Shown piece by piece: positions 12,601 to 28,200 of a DNA stretch of 64,000 bases. Position 1 is the first letter of the stretch, and the number at the start of each line of letters is the position of its first letter. The notes below the pieces were generated by a model. It had not been told where the DNA came from. It searched no databases and worked only from the letters and a program-made list of their open reading frames with translations. Both the position numbers and the translations under genes were made by a program. This stretch comes from the human T2T-CHM13v2.0 reference genome, Homo sapiens: NCBI RefSeq assembly GCF_009914755.1, contig NC_060933.1. One strand, given 5' to 3'.

Positions 12601-15600
12601 GTATTCCTTTCCATTCCATTTCATTCCATTGCAATCGAGTTGATTCCATTTCTTTGCATTCCATTCCATTCTATTCCATTCCGGATGATTCCATTCCATT
12701 GCATTCCATTCCATTCCATTCCCCTGCACTCGGGTTGATTCCCTTCCATTCCACTCCATTCCGTTCCATTCCATTCCATTCCGTTGTATTCGGGTTATTT
12801 CCATTCCATTCCATTCCATTCCATTCCATTCCAATCCATTACAATCGAGTTGATTCCATTCCATTCCATTCCATTCCATTCCATTCCATTCCAGTCCTTT
12901 CCATTCCATTCCACTCGGGTTGATTCCATTCTATTAGATTCCATTCCATTCCATTCCCTTCCATTCCACTCTGGTTGATTCCATTCCTTTCCATTCCACT
13001 CGAATACATTCCCTCCTATTCCACTCGGAACGATTCCATTCCATTACATTCCATTGCATTCCATTCCATTTCGTTCCATTCCATTCTATTCCGTACCATT
13101 CCATTCCATTCCATTCCTTTCCATTCCATTCCATTCCACTCGTTTTGATTCCATTCCTTTCCATTCCATTCGGTTTGAAGGTATTCCATTCCATTCAATT
13201 CCATTCCATTCCATTCCATTCCATTCCATTCCATTCCATTCCATTCCATTCCATTCCATTGTACTCGGGTTGATTCCATTCCATTGCATTCCATTCCATT
13301 CCATTCCATTCCATTCCATTCCATTCCGTTGCATTCCATTCCATTTCATTCGGATTGATTCTATTCAACTCACTTACTCCCCATTACATTCCATTCCATT
13401 CGGGTTGTTCCATTCCATTCCATTCCATTCCACTCCATTCCATTGCACTTGGGTTGATTCCATTCCATTACATTCCATTCCATTCCGGATGTTTCCATTC
13501 CATTGCATTCCGTTCCATTACATTCCCCTGCACTCGCATTGATTCCATTCCATTCCATTCCATTCCATTCAATTCCATTCCATTACAATTCGTTCCATTC
13601 CATTCTATTCCGTACCATTCCATTCCATTCCATACCATTCCATTCCATTCCATTCCATTCCATTCCGTTCCATTCCGTTCCATTGCATTCCATTCCATTC
13701 TATTCGGGTTAATTCCATTCCATTCCATTCCATTCCATTCTATTCCATTCCATTGCTATCGAGTTGAATCCATTGCATTTCATTCCATTCCATTCCATTC
13801 CATTCCGGAAGATTCCATTCCATTGCATTCCATTCCATTCAATTCCCCTGCACTCGCGTTGATTCCATTCCATTCCATTCCATTCCATTCCATTCCGTTC
13901 CGTTCCGTTCCGTTCCATTCCATTCCATTCCATTCCATTGTATTCCGTTCCGTTTCATTCCATTCCATTCCATTCTATTTGGGTTAATTCCATTCCATTC
14001 CATTCGATTGCAATCGAGTTGATTCCATTCCATTCCATTCCATTCCATTCCATTCCATTCCATTCCATTCCTTTCCATTCCATTACGGATGATTCCATTC
14101 CATTGCATTCCATTCCATTCCATTCCCCTGTACTCTGGTTGATTCCATTCCATTCCATTCCAATCCATGCCATTCCACTCGTGTTGATTCCATTCTTTCC
14201 ATTCCATTCAAGTTGAATCCATTCCATTGCATTGCATTCCATTCAATTCCATTCGATTGCACTCGGGTTGATTCCATTCCATTCCATTCCATTCCATTCC
14301 ATTCCATTCCATTCCATTCGGATTGATTCTACTCAATTCCCTTACACTCCATTACATTCCATTCCATTCGGGTTGTTCCATTCCATTCCATTCCATTCCA
14401 CTCCATTCCATTACACTCGGGTTGATTCCATTCCATTCCATTCCATTCCATTCCGGAAGATTCCATTCCATTGCATTCCATTACATTCCATTCTCCTGCA
14501 CTCGCGTTGATTCCATTCCATTCCATTCCATTCCATTCCATTACTTTCCGTTCCATTCCATTCCATTCCATTCCATTCCATTCCGTTCCGTTCCGTTCCG
14601 TTCCAATCCATTCCATTCCATTCTATTCGGGTTAATTCCATTCCATTCCATTCGATTGCAATCGAGTTGATTCCATTCCATTCCATTCCATTCCATTCCA
14701 TTCCATTCCATTCCTTTCCATTCCATTACGGATGATTCCATTCCATTGCATTCCATTCCATTCCATTCCCCTGTACTCGGGTTGATTCCATTCCATTCCA
14801 TTCCAATCCATGCCATTCCACTCGTGTTGATTCCATTCTTTCCATTCCATTCAAGTTGAATCCATTCCATGGCTTTCCATTCCATTCCATTCCCCTGCAG
14901 TCGGGTTGATTCCATTCCATTCCATTCGATTCCATTCCATTCCATTCCATTCCGTTCCGTTCCATTTAATTCCATTCCATTCTATTCGGGTTAATTCCAT
15001 TCCATTCCATTCCATTCCATTCCATTCCATTCCAATCGAGTTGATTCCACTCCATTCCATTCCATTCCATTCCACTCCATTCCCGTCCTTTCCATTCCAT
15101 TCCACTCGGGTTGATTCCAATGTATTCCTTTCCAGTCCATTCCATTCCATTGCAATCGAGTTGATTCCATTGCTTTGCATTCCATTCCATTCCATTACAT
15201 TCCGGATGATTCCATTCCATTGCATTCCATTCCATTCCATTCCCCTGCACTCGGGTTGATTCCATTCCATTCCACTCCATTCCGTTCCATTCCATTCCAT
15301 TCCATTGTATTTGGGTTAATTCCATTCCATTCCATTCCATTCCATTCCATTGCATTCCATTACAATCGAGTTCATTCCATTCCATTCCATTCCATTCCAT
15401 TCCATTCCAGTCCTTTCCATTCCATTCCACTCAGGTTGATTCCATTCTATTAGTTTCCATTCCATTCCATTCCCTTCCATTCCACTCTGATTGATTCCAT
15501 TCCTTTCCAATCCACTCGAATACATTCCCTCCTATTCTACTCGGAACGATTCCATTCCATTCCATTCCATTCCATTCCATTCCATTCCAGTCCTTTCCTT

Positions 15601-15988
15601 TCCATTCCACTGAGGTTGATTCCATTCTATTAGTTTCCATTCCATTCCATTCCCTTCCATTCCACTCTGGTTGATTCCATTCCTTTCCAATCCACTCGAA
15701 TACATTCCCTCCTATTCTACTCGGAACGATTATATTGCATTCCATTCCATTCCATTCCATTCCATTCCATTCCATTTCTTTCCATTACATTCTATTCCAT
15801 ACCATTCCATACCATTCCATTCCATTCCATTCCATTCCATTCCATTCCACTCGTGTTGATTCCATTCCTTTCAATTCCATTCGGTTTGAAGCCATTCCAT
15901 TCCATTCCATTCCATTCCATTCCATTCCTGTCCATTCCATTGCACTCGGGTTGATTCCATTCCATTCCATTCCATTCCATTCCATTCC
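9651..15988 (+). repeat. 6355-bp tandem duplication, copy 2
   Basis: Matches 3296-9633 at +6355. The only difference I found is A4896 vs G11251. Confidence 0.95.
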
Positions 15989-16834
15989 ATTCCGGATGAT
16001 TCCATTCCATTACATTCCATTCCATTATAATCCCCTGCACTCGCGTTGATTCCATTCCATTCCATTCCATTCCATTCCATTCCATTCCATTCCATTCCAT
16101 TCCATTCCGTTCCATTGTACTCGGGTTGATTCCATTCCATTGCATTCCATTCCATTCCATTCCATTCCATTCCATTCCATTCCTTTCCATTCCATTCCAT
16201 TACATTCGGATTGATTCTATTCAACTCCCTTACTCTCCATTACATTCCATTCCATTCGGGATGTTCCATTCCATTCCATTCCATTCCACTCCATTCCATT
16301 GCACTCGGGTTGATTCCATTCCATTCCATTCCATTCCATTCCATTCCATTCCGGATGATTCCATTCCATTACATTCCGTTCCATTATATTCCCCTGCACT
16401 CGCGTTGATTCCATTCCATTCCATTCCATTCCACACCATTCCATTCCACTCCATTCCATTCCATTCCATTCCATTCCGTTCCGTTCCGTTCCATTCCATT
16501 CCATTCCATTCCATTCCGTTGCGTTCCGTTCCATTCCATTCCATTCCATTCCATTCCATTCCGTTCCGTTCCATTCCATTCCATTCCATTCTATTCGGGT
16601 TAATTCCATTCCATTCCATTCGATTGCAATCGTGTTGATTCCATTCCATTCCATTCCATTCCATTCCATTCCATTCCATTCCATTCCTTTCCATTCCATT
16701 ACGGATGATTCCATTCCATTGCATTCCATTCCATTCCATTCCCCTGTACTCGGGTTGATTCCATTCCATTGCATTCCAATCCATGCCCTTCCACTCGTGT
16801 TGATTCCATTCTTCCATTCCATTCAAGTTGAATC

Positions 16835-16990
16835 CATTCCATTGCATTCCATTCCATTCGATTCCATTCGATTGCACTCGGGTTGATTCCATTCCATTGC
16901 ATTCCATTCCGTTCCATTGCATTCCATTCCATTCGATTCCATTCGATTGCACTCGGGTTGATTCCATTCCATTGCATTCCATTCCATTCC
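16835..16990 (+). repeat. 75-bp tandem duplication
   Basis: ATTCGATTCCATTCGATTGCACTCGGGTTG at 16856 and 16931. Confidence 0.85.
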
Positions 16991-19900
16991 ATTCCATTCC
17001 GTTCCATTCCATTCCATTACATTCGGATTCATTCTATTCAATTCCCTTACACTCCATTACATTCCATTCCATTCGGGTAGTTTCCATTCCATTCCATTCC
17101 TTTCCTCTCCATTCCATTGCACTCGGGTTGATTCCATTCCATTGCATTCCATTCCATTCCATTCCATTCCATTCCGTTCCATTCCACTCCATTACATTCG
17201 GATTGATTCTATTCAACTCCCTTACTCTCCATTACATTCCATTCCATTCGGGCTGTTCCATTCCATTCCATTCCATTCCACTCCATTCCATTGCACTCGG
17301 GTTTATTCCATTCCATTCCATTCCATTCCATTTCATTCCGTTCCATTCCGGAAGATTCCATTCCATTGCATTCCATTCCATTCCATTCCCCTGCACTCGC
17401 GTTGATTCCATTCCATTCCATTCCATTCCATTCCATTCCATTCCATTCCATTCCATTCCATTCCTTTCCGTTCCATTCCATTCCATTCCTTTCCATTCTA
17501 TTCCATTCCATTCCATTCCATTCCGTTCCATTCCGTTCCATTCCATTCCATTCCATTCTATTCGGGTTAATTCCATTCCATTCCACTCGATTGCAATCGA
17601 GTTGATTCCATTCCATTCCATTCCATTCCATTCCATTCCATTCCATTCCATTCCTTTCCATTCCATTCCTTTCCATTCCATTACGGATGATTCTATTCCA
17701 TTGCATTCCATTCCATTCCATTCCCCTGTACTCGGTTTCATTCCATTCCATTCCATTCCAATCCATGCCATTCCACTCGTGTTCATTCCATTCTTTCCAT
17801 TCCATTCAAGTTGAATCCATTCCATTGCATTCCATTCCATTCCATTACCCTGCAGTCGGGTTGATTCCATTCCATTCCATTCCATTCCATTCCATTCCGT
17901 TACGTTCCGTTCCATTCCATTCCATTCCATTCTATTCGGGTTAATTCCATTCCATTCCATTCCATTCCATTCCATTCCATTCCATTCCAATCGAGTTGAT
18001 TCCATTCCATTCCATTCCATTCCATTCCACCCCATTCCAGTCCTTTCCATTCCATTCCACTCGGGTTGATTCCAATGTATTCCTTTCCATTCCATTCCAT
18101 TCCATTGTAATCGAGTTGATTCCATTGCTTTGCATTCCATTTCATTCCATTCCATTCCGGATGATTCCATTCCATTCCATTCCATTCCATTCCATTCCAT
18201 TCCGTTGCATTCCATTCCATTACATTCAGATTGATTCTATTCAACTCTCTTACTCTCCATTACGTTCCATTCCATTTGGGTTGTTCCATTCCATTGCATT
18301 CCATTCCACTCCATTCCATTGCACTCGGGTTGATTCCATTCCATTCCATTCCATTCCATTCCATTCCATTCCGGATGATTCCATTCCATTGCATTCCGTT
18401 CCTTTACATTCCCCTGCACTCGCTTTGATTCCATTCCATTCCATTCCATTCCATTCAATTCCATTCCATTACAATTCGTTCCAATCCATTCTATTCCGTA
18501 CCTTTCCATTCCATTCCATACCATTCCATTCCATTCCATTCCATTCCATTCCATTCCATTCCGTTCCATTCCGTTCCATTCCATTCCATTCCATTCTATT
18601 CGGGTTAATTCCATTCCATTCCATTCCATTCCATTCCATTCCATTCTATTCCATTCCATTGCAATCGAGTTGAATCAATTGCATTTCATTCCATTCCATT
18701 GCATTCCATTCCATTCCGGAAGATTCCATTCCATTGCATTCCATTCCATTCCATTCCCCTGCACTCGCGTTCATTCCATTCCATTCCATTCCATTCCATT
18801 CCATCCATTCCGTTCCGTTCCGTTCCATTCCATTCCATTCCATTCCGTTCCGTTCCATTCCTTTCCATTCCATTCTATTCGGGTTAATTCCATTCCATTC
18901 CATTCGATTGCAATCGAGTTGATTCCATTCCATTCCATTCCATTCCATTCTTTCCATTCCATTACGGATGATTCCATTCCATTGCATTCCATTCCATTCC
19001 ATTCCCCTGTACTCGGGTTGATTCCATTCCATTCCATTCCAATCCATGCCATTCCACTCGTGTTGATTCCATTCTTTCCATTCCATTCAAGTTGAATCCA
19101 TTCCATTGCATTCCATTCCATTCGATTCCATTCGATTGTACTCGGGTTTATTCCATTCCATTGCATTGCATTCCATTCCATTCCTTTCCATTCCATTCCA
19201 TTCCGTTCCAATCCATTCCATTACATTCGGATTGATTCTATTCAATTCCCTTACACTCCATTACATTCCATTCCATTCGGGTAGTTTCCATTCCATTCCA
19301 TTCCATTCCTCTCCATTCCATTGCACTCGGGTTGATTCCATTCCATTGCATTCCATTCCATTCCATTCAATTCCATTCCGTTCCATTCCATTCCATTACA
19401 TTCGGATTGATTCTATTCAACTCCCTTACTCTCCATTACATTCCATTCCATTCGGGTTGTTCCATTCCATTCCATTCCATTCCACTCCATTCCATTGCAC
19501 TCGTGTTGATTCCATTCCATTCCATTCCATTCCATTCCATTCCATTCCATTCCGGAAGATTCCATTCCATTGCATTCCATTCCATTCCATTCCCCTGCAC
19601 TCGCGTTGATTCCATTCCATTCCATTCCATTCCATTCCATTCCATTCCATTCCTTTCGATTCCATTCCATTCCATTCCATTCCATTCCAATCCATTCCAT
19701 TCCTTTCCTTTCCGATCCATTCCATTCCATTCCATTCTATTCGGGTTAATTCCATTCCATTCCATTCGATTGCAATCGAGTTGATTCCATTCCATTCTAT
19801 TCCATTCCATTCCATTCCTTTCCATTCCATTATGGATGATTCCATTCCACTGCATTCGATTCCATTCCATTCCCCTGTACTCGGGTTGATTCCATTCCAT

Positions 19901-21255
19901 TCCATTCCAATCCATGCCATTCCACTCGTGTTGATTCCATTCTTTCCATTCCATTCAAGATGAATCCATTCCATTGCATTCCATTCCATTCCATTACCCT
20001 GCAGTCGGGTTGATTCCATTCCATTCCATTCCACTCCATTCCAGTCCTTTCCATTCCATTCCACTCGGGTTGATTCAAATGTATTCCATTCCATTCCATT
20101 CCATTCCATTGCAATCGAGTTGATTCCATTGCTTTGCATTCCATTCCATTCCATTCAATTCCGGATGATTCCATTCCATTGCATTCTATTCCATTCCATT
20201 CCCCTGCACTCGGGTTGATTCCATTCCATTCCACTCCATTCCGTTCCATTCCATTCCATTCCATTGTATTCGGGTTAATTCCATTCCATTCCATCCATTC
20301 CATTCCATTCCATTCCATTACAATCGAGTTGATTCCATTCCATTCCATTCCATTCCATTCCATTCCAGTCCTTTCCATTCTATTCCACTCGGGTTGATTC
20401 CATTCTATTAGTTTCCATTCCATTCCATTCCCTTCCATTCCACTCTGGTTGATTCCATTCCTTTCCATTCCACTCGAATACATTCCCTCCTATTCCACTC
20501 GGAACGATTCCATACCATACCATTCCATTCCATTCCATTCCATTCCATTCCATTTCGTTCCATTCCATTCTATTCCGTATCATTCCATTCCATTCCGTTC
20601 CATTCCATTCCATTCCATTCCACTCGTGTTGATTCCATTCCTTTCCATTCCATTCGGTTTGAAGGCATTGCATTCCTTTCCATTCCAATCCATTCCATTC
20701 CATTCCTTTCCATTGTACTCGGGTTGATTCCATTCCATTGCATTCCATTCCATTCCATTCCATTCCATTCCGCTGGATTCCATTCCATTACATTCGGATT
20801 GATTCTATTCAACTCCCTTACTCTCCATTACATTCCATTCCATTCGGGTTGTTCCATTCCATTTCATTCCATTCCACTCCATTCCATTGCACTAGGGTTG
20901 ATTCCATTCCATTCCATTCCATTCCATTCCGGATGATTCCATTCCATTGCATTGCATTCCATTCCATTCCTCTGCACTCGGGTTGATTCCATTGCATTCC
21001 ACTCCATTCCGTTCCATTCCATTCCATTCCATTGTATTCGGGTTAATTCCTTTCCATTCCATTCCATTCCATTCCATTACAATCGAGTTGATTCCATTCC
21101 ATTCCATTCCATTCCAGTCCTTTCCATTCCATTCCACTCGGGTTGATTCCATTCTATTAGTTTCCATTCCATTCCATTCCCTTCCATTCCACTCTGGTTG
21201 CTTCCATTCCTTTCCATTCCACTCGAATACATTCCCTCCTATTCCACTCAGAACG

Positions 21256-22778
21256 ATTCCATTCCATTCCATTCCATTCCATTCCATTCCATTCCATTCC
21301 ATTCCATTTCGTTCCATTCCATTCCATTCCGTATCATTCCATTCCATTCCATTCCATTCCATTCCATTCCATTCCATTCCATTGTACTCGGGTTGATTCC
21401 ATTCCATTGCATTCCATTCCATTCCATTCCATTCCATTCCGTTGCATTCCATTCCATTACATTCGGATTGATTCTATTCAACTCCCTTACTCTCCATTAC
21501 ATTCCATTCCATTCGGGTTGTTCCATTCTATTCCATTCCATTCCACTCCATTCCATTGCACTCGGGTTGATTCCATTCCATTCCATTCCATTCCATTCCA
21601 TTCCATTCCATTCCGGATGATTCCATTCCATTGCATTCCGTTCCATTACATTCCCCTGCACTCGCGTTGATTCCATTCCATTCCATTCCATTCCATTCAA
21701 TTCCATTCCATTACAATTCGTTCCATTCCATTCTATTCCGTACCATTCCATTCCATTCCATACCATTCCATTCCATTCCATTCCATTCCATTCCATTCCG
21801 TTCCGTTCCATTCCGTTCCATTCCAGTCCATTCCATTCTCTTCGGGTTAATTCCATTCCAATCCATTCCATTCCATTCTATTCCATTCCATTGCAATCGA
21901 GTTGAATCCATTGCATTTCATTCCATTCCATTCCATTCCATTCCGGAAGATTCCATTCCATTGCATTCCATTCCATTCCATCTCCCTGCACTCGCGTTGA
22001 TTCCATTCCATTCCATTCCATTCCATTCCATTCCATTTCGTTCCATTCCATTCCATTCCGTATCATTCCATTCCATTCCATTCCATTCCATTCCATTCCA
22101 TTCCATTCCATTCCATTGTACTCGGGTTGATTCCATTCCATTGCATTCCATTCCATTCCATTCCATTCCATTCCGTTGCATTCCATTCCATTACATTCGG
22201 ATTGATTCTATTCAACTCCCTTACTCTCCATTACATTCCATTCCATTCGGGTTGTTCCATTCTATTCCATTCCATTCCACTCCATTCCATTGCACTCGGG
22301 TTGATTCCATTCCATTCCATTCCATTCCATTCCATTCCATTCCATTCCATTCCGGATGATTCCATTCCATTGCATTCCGTTCCATTACATTCCCCTGCAC
22401 TCGCGTTGATTCCATTCCATTCCATTCCATTCCATTCAATTCCATTCCATTACAATTCGTTCCATTCCATTCTATTCCGTACCATTCCATTCCATTCCAT
22501 ACCATTCCATTCCATTCCATTCCATTCCATTCCATTCCATTCCGTTCCATTCCGTTCCATTCCAGTCCATTCCATTCTATTCGGGTTAATTCCATTCCAA
22601 TCCATTCCATTCCATTCTATTCCATTCCATTGCAATCTAGTTGAATCCATTGCATTTCATTCCATTCCATTCCATTCCATTCCGGAAGATTCCATTCCAT
22701 TGCATTCCATTCCATTCCATCTCCCTGCACTCGCGTTGATTCCATTCCATTCCATTCCATTCCATTCCATTCCATTCC
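21256..22778 (+). repeat. ~730-740-bp tandem duplication (2 copies, junction ~22000-22036)
   Basis: Shared rare words TCCAGTCCATTCCATTCT (21822/22561) and CATCTCCCTGCAC (21979/22718). Offset grows 729->734->739 by whole-pentamer indels. Confidence 0.88.
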
Positions 22779-25284
22779 GTTCCGTTCCGTTCCGTTCCAT
22801 TCCATTCCATTCCATTCCATTCCATTCCGTTCCGTTACATTCCATTCCATTCCATTCTATTCGGGTTAATTCCATTCCATTCCATTCGATTGCAATCGTG
22901 TTGATTCCATTCCATTCCATTCCATTCCATTCCATTCCATTCCATTCCATTCCTTTCCATTCCATTACGGATGATTCCATTCCATTGCGTTCCATTCCAT
23001 TCCATTCCCCTGTACTCGGGTTGATTCCATTCCATTGCATTCCAATCCATGCCCTTCCACTCGTGTTGATTCCATTCTTTCCATTCCATTCAAGTTGAAT
23101 CCATTCCATTGCATTCCATTCCATTCGATTCCATTCGATTGCACACTGGTTGATTCCATTCCATTGCATTCCATTCCATTCCATTCCATTCCATTCCATT
23201 CCATTCCATTCCGTTCCTTTCCATTCCATTACATTCGTATTGATTCTATTCAATTCCCTTACACTCCATTACATTCCATTCCATTCGGGTAGTTTCCATT
23301 CCATTCCATTCCATTCCTCTCCATTCCATTGCACTCGGGTTGATTCCATTCCATTGCATTCCATTCCATTCCATTCCATTCAATTCCATTCCGTTCCATT
23401 CCATTCCATTCCATTCGGATTGATTCTATTCAACTCCCTTAGTCTCCATTACATTCCATTCCATTCGGGTTGTTCCATTCCATTCCATTCCATTCCACTC
23501 CATTCCATTGCACTCGGGTTTATTCCATTCCATTCCATTCCATTCCATTCAATTCCATTCCATTCTGGAAGATTCCATTCCATTGCATTCCATTCCATTC
23601 CATTCCCCTGCACTCGCGTTGATTCCATTCCATTCCATTCCATTCCATTCCATTCCATTCCATTCCATTCCATTCCTTTCCGTTCCATTCCATTCCATTC
23701 CGTTCCGTTCCTTTCCATTCCATTCTATTCCATTCTATTCGCGTTAATTCCATTAAATTCCATTCGATTGCAATCGAGTTGATTCCATTCCATTCCATTC
23801 CATTCCATTCCATTCCTTTCCATTCCATTACGGATGATTCCATTCCATTGCATTCCATTCCATTCCATTCCCCTGTACTCGGGTTGATTCCATTCCATTC
23901 CATTCCAATCCATGCCATTCCACTCGTGTTGATTCCATTCTTTCCATTCCATTCAAGTTGAATCCATTCCATTGCATTCCATTGCATTCCAATCCCCTGC
24001 AGTCAGGTTGATTCCATTCCATTCCATTCCATTCCATTCCATTCCGTTCCTTTCCATTCCATTCCATTCCTTTCTATTCGGGTTAATTCCATTCCATTCC
24101 ATTCCATTCCATTCCATTCCATTCCATTCCATTCCAATCAATTTGATTCCATTCCATTCCATTCCATTGCATTCCATTCCATTCCACTCCATTCCAGTCC
24201 TTTCCATTCCATTCCACTCGGGTTGATTCCAATGTATTCCTTTCCATTCCTTTCCATTCCATTGGAATCGAGTTGATTCCATTGCTTTGCATTCCATTCC
24301 ATTCCATTCCGTATCATTCCATTCCATTCCATTCCATTCCATTCCATTCCATTCCATTCCATTGTACTCGGGTTGATTCCATTCCATTGCATTCCATTCC
24401 ATTCCATTCCATTCCATTCCATTCCGTTGCATTCCATTCCATTACATTCAGATTGATTCTATTCAACTCCCTTACTCTCCATTACATTCCATTCCATTCG
24501 GGTTGTTCCATTCTATTCCATTCCATTCCCCTCCATTCCATTGCACTCGGGTTGATTCCATTCCATTCCATTGCATTCCATTCCATTCCGGATGATTCCA
24601 TTCCATTGCATTCCGTTCCATTAAATTCCCCTGCACTCGGGTTGATTCCATTCCATTCCATTCCATTCCATTCCATTCCATTCCGTTCCATTCCCCTGCA
24701 CTCGCGTTGATTCCATTCCATTCCATTCCATTCCATTCTATTCCATTCCTTTCCATTCCAGTCCTTTCCATTCCATTCCACTCGGGTTGCTTCCATTCTA
24801 TTAGTTTCCATTCCATTCCATTCCCTTCCATTCCACTCTGGTTGATTCCATTCCTTTCCATTCCACTCGAATACATTCAATCCTATTCCACTCGGAACGA
24901 TTCCATTCCATTCCATTCCATTCCATTCCATTCCATTCCATTCCATTTCGTTCCATTCCATTCTATTCCGTATCATTCCATTCCATTCCATTCCATTCCA
25001 TTCCATTCCATTCCATTCCACTCGTGTTGATTTCATTCCTTTCCATTCCATTCGGTTTGAAGGCATTCCATTCCATTCCATTCCATTCCATTCCATTCCA
25101 TTCCATTCCATTCCATTGTACTCGGGTTGATTCCATTCCATTCCATTCCATTCCGTTGCATTCCATTCCATTACATTCGGATTGATTCTATTCAACTCCC
25201 TTACTCTCCATTACATTCCATTCCATTCGGGTTGTTCCATTCCATTCCATTCCATTCCACTCCATTCCATTGCACTCGGATTGA

Positions 25285-28200
25285 TTCCATTCCATTCCAT
25301 TCCATTCCATTCCATTCCGGATGATTCCATTCCATTGCATTCCGTTCCATTACATTCCCCTGCACTCGCGTTGATTCCATTCCATTCCATTCCATTCCAT
25401 TCAATTCCATTCCATTACAATTCGTTCCATTCCATTCTATTCCGTACCATTCCATTCCATTCCATACAATTCCATTCCATTCCATTCCATTCCATTCCGT
25501 TCCATTCCGTTCCATTCCATTCCATTCCATTCTATTCGGGTTAATTCCATTCCATTCCATTCCATTCCATTCCATTCTATTCCATTCCATTGCAATCGAG
25601 TTGAATCCATTGCATTTCATTCCATTCCATTGCATTCCATTCCGGAAGATTCCATTCCATTGCATTCCATTCCATTCCATTCCCCTGCACTCGCGTTGAT
25701 TCCATTCCATTCCATTCCATTCCATTCCATTCCATTCCGTTCCGTTCCATTCCATTCCATTCCATTCCATTCCATTCCGTTCCGTTCCGTTCCATTCCAT
25801 TCCATTCCATTCTATTCGGGTTAATTCCATTCCATTCCATTTGATTGCAATCGAGTTGATTCCATTCCATTCCATTCCATTCCATTCCGTTCCATTCCAT
25901 TCCTTTCCATTCCATTACGGATGATTCCATTCCATTGCATTCCATTCCATTCCATTCCCCTGTACTCGGGTTGATTCCATTCCATTCCATTCCAATCCAT
26001 GCCATTCCACTCGTGTTGATTCCATTCTTTCCATTCCATTCAAGTTGAATCCATTCCATTGCATTCCATTCCATTCGATTCCATTCGATTGCACTCGGGT
26101 TGATTCCATTCCATTGCATTCCATTCCATTTCATTCCATTCCATTCCATTCCATTCCGTTCCATTCCATTTCATTACATTCAGATTGATTCTATTCAATT
26201 CCCTAACACTCCATTATATTCCAATTCATTCTGGTTTTTTCCATTCCATTCCATTCCATTTCACTCCATTCCATTGCACTCGGGTTGATTCCATTCCATT
26301 CCATTCCATTGCATTCCATTCCATTCCATTCCGGATAATTCCATTCCATTGCATTCCTTTCCATTCCATTCCCTTATACTCGGCTTGATTCCATTCCATT
26401 CCATTCCATTACATTCCGTTCCATTCCATTCCATTACATTCGGATTGATTCTATTCAATTCCCTTACACTCCATTACATTCCATTCCATTCGGGTAGTTT
26501 CCTTTCCATTCCATTCCATTCCTCTCCATTCCATTGCACTCGGGTTGATTCCATTCCATTCCATTCCATTACATTACATTGCATTACATTACATTCCGTT
26601 CCATTGTACTCGGGTTGATTCCATTCCATTGCATTCCATTCCATTCCATTCCATTCCATTCCATTCCCTTCCATTCCGTTCCATTCCATTCCATTACATT
26701 CGGATTGATTCTATTCAACTCCCTTACTCTCCATTACATTCGATTCCATTCGGGTTGTTCCATTCCATTCCATTCCATTCCACTCCATTCCATTGCACTC
26801 GGGTTGATTCCATTCCATTCCATTCCATTCCGGAAGATTCCATTCCATTACATTCCATTACATTCCATTCCCCTGCACTCGTGTTGATTCCATTCCATTC
26901 CATTCCATTCCATTCAATTCCATTCCTTTCCGTTCCATTCCATTCCATTCCATTCCGTTCCGTTCCGTTCCGTTCTGTTCAATTCCATTCCATTCCATTC
27001 TATTCGGGTTAATTCCATTCCATTCCATTCGATTGCAATCGAGTTGATTCCATTCCATTCCATTCCTTTCCATTCCATTCCATTCCTTTCCATTCCATTA
27101 CGGATGATTCCATTCCATTGCATTCCATTCCATTCCATTCCCCTGTACTCGGGTTGATTCCATTCCATTCCATTCCAATCCATGCCATTCCACTCGTGTT
27201 GATTCCATTCTTTCCATTCCATTCAAGTTGAATCCATTCCATTGCATTCCATTCCATTCGATTCCATTCGATTGCACTCGGGTTGATTCCATTCCATTGC
27301 ACTCCATTCCATTCCATTTCATTCCATTCCATTCCTTTCCATTCCATTCCATTCCATTCCATTCCATTCCATTGCAATCGAGTTGATTACATTCCATTCC
27401 TTTCCATTCCATTCCATTGCCTTGCATTCCACTCGGGTTGATTCCATTCCCTTCTTTCCATTCCATTACATTCCCTTCCATTCCACTCGGAATGATTGAT
27501 TCCATTCCATTCCATTCCATTTCATTCCATTGCAATCCATTCCAATCCATTCCATTCCATTCCATTCCACTCGAGTTGATTTCATTCCATTCCTTTCCAT
27601 TCCATTCCATTCCTTTCCACTCCAGTTGATTCCATTCCATTCCATTCCATTCCATTGCATTCCATTCCATGCCATTCCACTCGGGTTGATTCCATTCCAT
27701 TCCATTCCATTCCATTCCATTCCATTCCATTCCATTGCATTCCATTCCATTCCTTTCCCCTGCACTCGGGTTGATTCCATTCCATTCCATTCCATTTAAT
27801 TCCATTCCATTCCATTCCATTCCATTCCATTCCAATCCGTTCCATTCCATTCCATTCTATTCCATTGCAATCGACTTGACTCCATTCCATTCCATTCCAT
27901 TCCATTCCATTCCATTCCATTTTGTTCCAATCCATTCTATTCCAAACCTTTCCATTCCATTCCATTCCATTCCATTCCATTCCATTCCATGCCATTCCAC
28001 TCGGGTTGATTCCATTCCTTTCCATTCCATTCGGGTAGAATCCAATCCACTCCATTCCATTCCATTCGAATCCATTCCATTGCACTCGGGTTGATTCCAT
28101 TCCATTCCATTCCATTCCATTCCATTCCGTTCGATTCCATTTCATTACATTCAGATTGATTCTATTCAATTCCCTTACACTCCATTATATTCCAATCCAT

